NCBI RefSeq assembly: GCF_001194135.2
Contig: NC_068991.1
Coordinates: forward strand, 7,834,127 to 7,898,126
Direction: 5' to 3'
Length of the DNA stretch: 64,000 nt
Source of the DNA: Octopus bimaculoides
Taxonomy: Eukaryota
Shown here: positions 57,373 through 64,000 of the stretch, in pieces
Layout of the letters: every line of letters begins with the position of its first letter
Position numbering within the stretch: position 1 is the first letter of the stretch
Position numbers and translations under genes: made by a program
Notes under the pieces: generated by a model
Seen by the model: the letters and a program-made list of their open reading frames with translations, nothing else
Told to the model about the DNA's origin: nothing
Database searches by the model: none

Positions 57373-58119
57373 CATCGACAGTACAGAACAGCTTAAGAAA
57401 GGAAGGCTCAGAGAATGTATTACATTGCTAATCTTCTAATAACTGCCTGGGACTGTTTGCCTTTTGTATGTCGATAGAAATACTTTGAAAATCAATACAG
57501 ACAGAAGATCTAGAAAGTTCCTTCAAACAGCCTGAACTAACTGAAGTATCTTTTATTTATTTATTTATTTATTTATTTACCACCATCTTTCTCTCTTCTG
57601 ACAGCGAATAGGTTTCCAAGGTAACCTACATATGTATAGAATGACCTTGTTGTTGTTGTTGTTCTTCTTCTTCTTCCTTCTTCTTCTTTACCACTGCCAT
57701 CACCGCACTGTCACCACCGCCACCGCCACCACCGCCACTGCCACCACTGCCACCGCCACCGCCACCGCCACCGCCNNNNNNNNNNNNNNNNNNNNNNNNN
57801 NNNNNNNNNNNNNNNNNNNNNNNNNNNNNNNNNNNNNNNNNNNNNNNNNNNNNNNNNNNNNNNNNNNNNNNNNNNNNNNNNNNNNNNNNNNNNNNNNNNN
57901 NNNNNNNNNNNNNNNNNNNNNNNNNNNNNNNNNNNNNNNNNNNNNNNNNNNNNNNNNNNNNNNNNNNNNNNNNNNNNNNNNNNNNNNNNNNNNNNNNNNN
58001 NNNNNNNNNNNNNNNNNNNNNNNNNNNNNNNNNNNNNNNNNNNNNNNNNNNNNNNNNNNNNNNNNNNNNNNNNNNNNNNNNNNNNNNNNNNNNNNNNNNN
58101 NNNNNNNNNNNNNNNNNNN

Positions 58120-58186
<67 letters not shown>

Positions 58187-59279
58187 CAACAACAATAATA
58201 ATGTTTTGCGTTATGAAGGAACGGTTGCTTGTCACCCCTCTGCGCCTCCATCCTTTTGAAGAACCACCATCCAAGAAGAAACATCGATTTATGTAAATGC
58301 AGAGATACGTTGTAAGATCATTCGGTTGATGTTTGGTCTGAGAGGTGAGAGACATGGCTAAAGTGAAGCGAGGAAGAAAGACAGGTGCCTTAAATTGATT
58401 AATGGAATGTGTTGGCATGGAGTCAGTTAAGCTCAGAGGAGTAAGACACATGAAGAGGAGTCACAAAAGTAACTGAGAGAGAGAGAGAGAGAGAGAGAGT
58501 GTAGCTTAGAAATGGTTGCGATTTCTAAGGATATTTCTCATTAAAAATCGGTTTGTATTTTATGGTAATTTGTTACTAAGTTGATTCTCTTATCGGTACT
58601 GGCATGTAACTACATAGTTTTGAGGGTGACTGGGTAGCACTTTGGGTGAGAGTCTTCTGCTATGTAGAAAGAGAGAGGGGGAGAGAGAGAGAGAGAGAGA
58701 GAGAGAGANNNNNNNNNNATATATATATACATATCTGTGCATGTGTGTGCCTTTGTGTCTGTTAGGAAGAGGGTTTCTGTTTTCGTGTTATAGAAGAGTG
58801 AATTTTATTTCAAGGACTTGGGCCACCATGTTTCAAACAGTCTGAGCATCTGCATGGAGACTCCCTTCTCATAATACTTACAATATTAAACTGGGCTACT
58901 CCTATCATAGAACAGAGGTGACAGAGTCAGAAAATGATAATACTAATTTATAAAACCCAGGAACCCAAACACCTTTTCAGAATTTGATCATCTGCAATCC
59001 TCCTGACTAATTAGGTACGGCAATGCCACAGATGTAATTTCTCATCCCCACCCTTTCATCACCCACCCATCCATCCACCAACCCATTCACTTACCGACCT
59101 ACCTACCTGTTTCTCACGTCGCACAATGAAGGACTAATCAATAAGACGGCTTGGCGCAAAAACACAAAGGTTATTATGGTCGTATTAGTTTTCTTCTGAA
59201 AATATTTGTGTCTCAACGAGTAATCATTAGTGTTTGTTGAGTGTTCAAAAGTTTCAGCTACTCCTATGTAATAATAACG

Positions 59280-59324
<45 letters not shown>

Positions 59325-59455
59325 GTAATAGTAATAATAATGATGATGATGATGATGATAGTAATAGTATATCATTATACANNNNNNNNNNTATGTATAT
59401 ATATACATATATATATGTGTGTGTGTATATATGTATGTATTGTGTTTGTATATGT

Positions 59456-59489
<34 letters not shown>

Positions 59490-59961
59490 CGTGTGTGTAT
59501 GTATGTTTATTGACAAAAGTAAGTGATCATTAACACAGTGAATTACATATGATTGACTTTCCGGCAAAAAAATAAAATCATTCACTTCTTTTTTCGTTTT
59601 GTTTTAATTTTTTTTTGTGCTTTTCTTGTTGCCATTCAATATTCTCTTCTTGGTATAGTTTATTCTTATTGGCTATTTTATATACAGTTTACACCAGAGA
59701 TTTTACAATAAAATTATGTAATATAAATTAATGAATAGAGAAAGAAAGAAAGAAAACATGAGAGAAAGAAAGAAAGAAAGGAAGACAGAAAGAATGAAAG
59801 AGAGAAAGAAACAAAGAAGTGTTATAGTTTCTTAAAACTCTTTAAATAATGGTCAGATTTGCTCATAATTTTTTTTTTTTTTCAAGACAAAATTTCTTAA
59901 TTTTGTTCTGGATGTGGCTGTGTGGTAAGGTGCTTGCTTCTCCATCACATGGTTCCGGGTA

Positions 59962-59994
<33 letters not shown>

Positions 59995-60032
59995 CTATAT
60001 ATATATATATAAATATATGCATACACATATAC

Positions 60033-60066
<34 letters not shown>

Positions 60067-61221
60067 ATGCATGTGTACGTATCTATATGCAATGTTCTTC
60101 CATATACTTCCAGTCACCAAATTAATTCACTTGCATAGCAATAGTTGGCCAGAGGCTACAGCAGAAGACACTTGCCTGTGGTGGTGTGCCGTGGGACTGA
60201 ACCTGAAACCACAAGGATATGAAACAATCTTCTTAACCACACAGCCATGCCTGTACTCAATAAGAACNNNNNNNNNNNNNNNNNNNNNNNNNNNNNNNNN
60301 NNNNNNNNNNNNNNNNNNNNNNNNNNNNNNNNNNNNNNNNNNNNNNNNNNNNNNNNNNGTGTGTGTGTGTGTGTGTGTGCATGCATGTGTACGTATCTAT
60401 ATGCAATGTTCTTCCATATACTTCCAGTCACCAAATTAATTCACTTGCATAGCAATAGTTGGCCAGAGGCTACAGCAGAAGACACTTGCCTGTGGTGGTG
60501 TGCCGTGGGACTGAACCTGAAACCACAAGGATATGAAACAATCTTCTTAACCACACAGCCATGCCTGTACTCAATAAGAACCCCCCCCCCCAAAAAAAAA
60601 GAAAAGGAAAACAAAAAGAAAATGGTGTCTCCCTTCTTGAAGATTCCCAGTCTAATAGCCATTGATCTAACATTGTCAAGATCTGTATGGTTGGAGTCGC
60701 ATGTGCCACAAACTCTTCACATTAAAAGAATTTGTAGAAAGACATCCATTAGAATGATACGCATAACTTAACTCTAACTGAGTGCCAATCAATTAATTAA
60801 TCAATACTTATAAATAATTCTGGTTAGTTATCAGCTGGAATAGAAACTCTCAATAAACTACAAATACTATTGATTTCTTTTGATTACGCATATTCTCAAA
60901 TTTCATTGCAGAATAAACTCAGTCCCCAGTATATTACGGGTATTTAGTATCTAAAAGCAATCAGCTGGCAAAATTGTAAACATGCCAGATAAAATGCTTT
61001 GTTATATTTCTTCTGTCTTTACATTCTGAGTTCAAATTCCATCAAGGTTGACTTTGCCATTTATCCTTTTGAGGTTGATAAAATAAGTATCAGTCAAGCC
61101 CTGGGGTCAATGTCATTGACTAACCATGATTCTTACTCATTGTGAGTACATAACATTTTAAATGCTTCGTTGCTAAACCTATCAGACTGCCTAAGTTGTT
61201 GTTGGCGGCACTTTTAAAAGT

Positions 61222-61461
61222 CATACTCTTTTACTTGATTCTGTCATTTGACTGTGGCCATGCTGGAGCACCGCCTTTAGTCGAGCAAATTGACCCCAGG
61301 ACCTATTCTTTGTAAGCCTAGTACTTATTCTATCGGTCTCTTTAGCCGAACCATTAAGTTACAGGGACGTAAATACACCAGCATCGGTTGTCAAGCAATG
61401 TTGTGGGGACAAACACAGACACACAAACATATACACACACATACATACATATATATAAATG

Positions 61462-61512
<51 letters not shown>

Positions 61513-61678
61513 GACGGGCTTCTTCCAGTTTCCGTCTACCAAATCTGCTCTCAAGGCTTTGGTCGGCTCGAGGCTATAGTAGAAGACACTTGTCCAAGGT
61601 GCCACGCAGTGGGACTGAAACCCGGAACCATGTGGTTTGTAAGCAAGCTACATACCACACAGCCACTCCTACGCCTAT
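61222..61678 (-). mobile_element. tRNA-headed SINE, near full length
   Basis: Ends CCACACAGCCACTCCTACGCCTAT; same family as 32930 and 40555. Confidence 0.85.
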
Positions 61679-62065
61679 AATTTACAACTTGATTAATTTT
61701 AAAAGTGGGAATAAACAAGCATCATATTTAAGAGAGTAATCTAAATGCTAAAGGGTTAAATTTGGTATTGTCTCCCCCCATAGTTTTGAGATCAGAGAGT
61801 ATTAGAGTGATCTGATTAAAAAAACCTTTGACCTCGACGATAAGCCAGAAAATAAGGTTGATAAATGACTTATGGCTATACATGTTTATATGAGGCTTAA
61901 AGTTCAATCAATACCATGTTAGTCAAACTCTCACCAATGGGAGACATTTGAATAATGAAGAAAATGTTTTCTTATGAATAGTAATAATACCATCAATTTT
62001 TGACCCGTTGTTTTTATTATCAATAGATAGATAGACAGATGGGCATTTATATATATATACATACA

Positions 62066-62105
<40 letters not shown>

Positions 62106-63450
62106 CATACATATATATATATACTTGTATATGATGTGTGGTGAATTTATGGAAAGAGATCCCATAAAACTCATCAATTTAGTTAAAAATAGAGAAGTTG
62201 TTAAAATATATGAGAATTTTAAAATTCTCTTATATATTTTAACATCTTCTCTTCTCCATTTTTAACAATATGTCTTGTTAAAGACAGGTAAATGTCCTCT
62301 ACTATAGCCCTGAGTTGGCCTACGTCATTTGAGTGGATCTGGTAGATTGTGTGCGTGTGTGCATGTGTCTTTGTTTTTGTGATTGTTCCCCACCACTTGA
62401 CAGCTGGTGTTGGTTTGTTTATGTCCTTGGAACTCAGCAGTTCAGCAAAAGAGATGCAATAGAATTAATACCAGACTTAAAACAAACAAACAAACAAAAC
62501 AAGTACTGGATTGATCTGTTCAACTAACCCCTCTAAAATGGTGCTGCAGTCCAATGGCTGAAACAAGTAAAAGATAAAAGAAAAAGGTAACTTGGTCTGC
62601 ATTATCCAATGTATTCTTTCTTTCTTTAAAGCAACAGGGTGTAATCTTATGGAGATTTAGTTGCCATTTCTAACAAATCAAGAGACCACACAGAGGCTCT
62701 CTTTCATTGGCTGATGGGGTTGCAGTAGTGATTTCGGGGGTAGTCTTAGGTGTATGTCTGGATGTTTGCAGAGTTGTTTGTATAAATGTCTTACAAAACT
62801 CCACCAAAGCATATAACCCCATATGAGCTTTTGTGACCTGAAAACATTTCTGTTAGCAAAAGTGTTTCATGTGAAACCGTAGGTCAGAGATTTCCAATTC
62901 AATTTAATCTATTGTTATTTTACATAAAATACAAAAGAAAAAACAACCCCTCAAAACACAGTGAACTGCTGAAGTTGCACAGGATCAGCAAACAGAAGCA
63001 ACAATGAAAAATCAATGTTAATCAAATAACCAAAATAACAAACAGCAGTTGATATACAATACAACTGCAAACATTCCAGTATGTGAAAACAGACTTAACA
63101 TTTATAGTAAATTTGTATGCTTAAAACATATTTATTCTCGCTGTAGAATAATAATAACCAACAAATATTTATTTTCACAACCAGTTACGTGACCAGAAAT
63201 ATAGTCATCAGTTTCAGGAAAGTCCAGTTGCACATGATACTTCACATGACTAACAGAAGATAGTGTAAAGCTTGATGTTCGTTGGTAAATGGATTTTATT
63301 TTGCAGTTATGTGAGATTAAAGTATTTTTCAAACATAATAAATATGTTATAAACATTAAATAGACTTTTGTATATATACAGAACTGTTCAATAGTCTTAC
63401 TATATGGCAGTATTCCAATTGATATGAATGCAACGGTTGAATATAATAAC

Positions 63451-63497
<47 letters not shown>

Positions 63498-63513
63498 CAA
63501 CAACAACAACAAC

Positions 63514-63733
63514 ATCTGAAAATCTTAGAAATGCCCTACAATCTAGGTGCATTGCAAAAGTCGGCATTACTTGGAACTGCAGGCATATTGCATAAAGTAC
63601 TGTGTGTCTGAGGTCCTTGTGACTTGACAAACAATACAAACCCCCCTGGTAGATACCATATCTTCAATCAACAACCTCACGATATTGTATACTGTGTGAC
63701 GTCTATGATAATAATAATAATAATAATAATAAT
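63514..63733 (+). mobile_element. 3' end of an R4/Dong-like LINE within an (AAT)n microsatellite
   Basis: LEMPYNLGALQKSALLGTAGILHKVLCV* then UTR and (AAT)n tail; (AAT)n/(AAC)n also on the left. Confidence 0.75.
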
Positions 63734-63937
63734 AGGAAGACATTCAACACCTAAGCACCAATATCAAAATCCTAGCTGTCCCTAAAAGAGCAGTTTTATT
63801 ATTATTATATTTTGAGTCGAAGTACAGCAGTGGATAGTTGGTAAACCAAGCTCGAGTCAGTTTTAATTCTCAGCTGAACTCATTTCACTTCTGTAACTAT
63901 GAATCTTAAAAACAGCATTAATGCAACCTATCTTCAT

Positions 63938-63939
<2 letters not shown>

Positions 63940-64000
<61 letters not shown>
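63940..64000. repeat. (CT)n microsatellite
   Basis: Directly visible. Confidence 0.95.

Noticed and set aside
58200-58345. Plus-strand peptide HPFEEPPSKKKHRF and a nearby AG|gtgaga donor
   Set aside because: Short, stop-bounded, and no consistent plus-strand exon chain found.
60044-60580. Exact duplication of about 225 bp
   Set aside because: Identical copies on either side of a short N-gap; most likely an unmerged contig overlap.

Overview
AT-rich, repeat-rich eukaryotic genomic DNA with about 13 large N-gaps. The SINE/RTE families and microsatellite style suggest an octopus (coleoid cephalopod) short-read scaffold; that is inference, not confirmed. The window is dominated by one minus-strand gene, CABIN1 (calcineurin-binding protein 1, subunit of the HIRA/UBN1/CABIN1 H3.3 chaperone complex). 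I traced it by hand as 40 visible GT-AG coding exons, from an ATG-only exon at 52326-52328 to the stop at 396-398: 5948 nt, about 1980 codons. Reading phase is continuous except at two junctions beside assembly gaps where exons are missing, and a third gap probably hides another exon. Introns hold tRNA-headed SINEs, RTE and R4/Dong-type LINE remnants, TTAA (piggyBac-like) and TA (mariner-like) MITEs, a mariner-derived foldback and a tRNA-Glu pseudogene. Upstream (56.7-63.3 kb) is a string of minus-strand exon-like segments I could not assign. There is no CRISPR array or prokaryotic system. I did not find a convincingly new biological system. The best leads are the upstream spliced unit, the degenerate calcineurin-docking motif, and intronic fold-back structures that could be ADAR substrates. 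Comparisons with human CABIN1 are from memory and need a real alignment. Repeat boundaries are approximate unless TIRs or TSDs are quoted.
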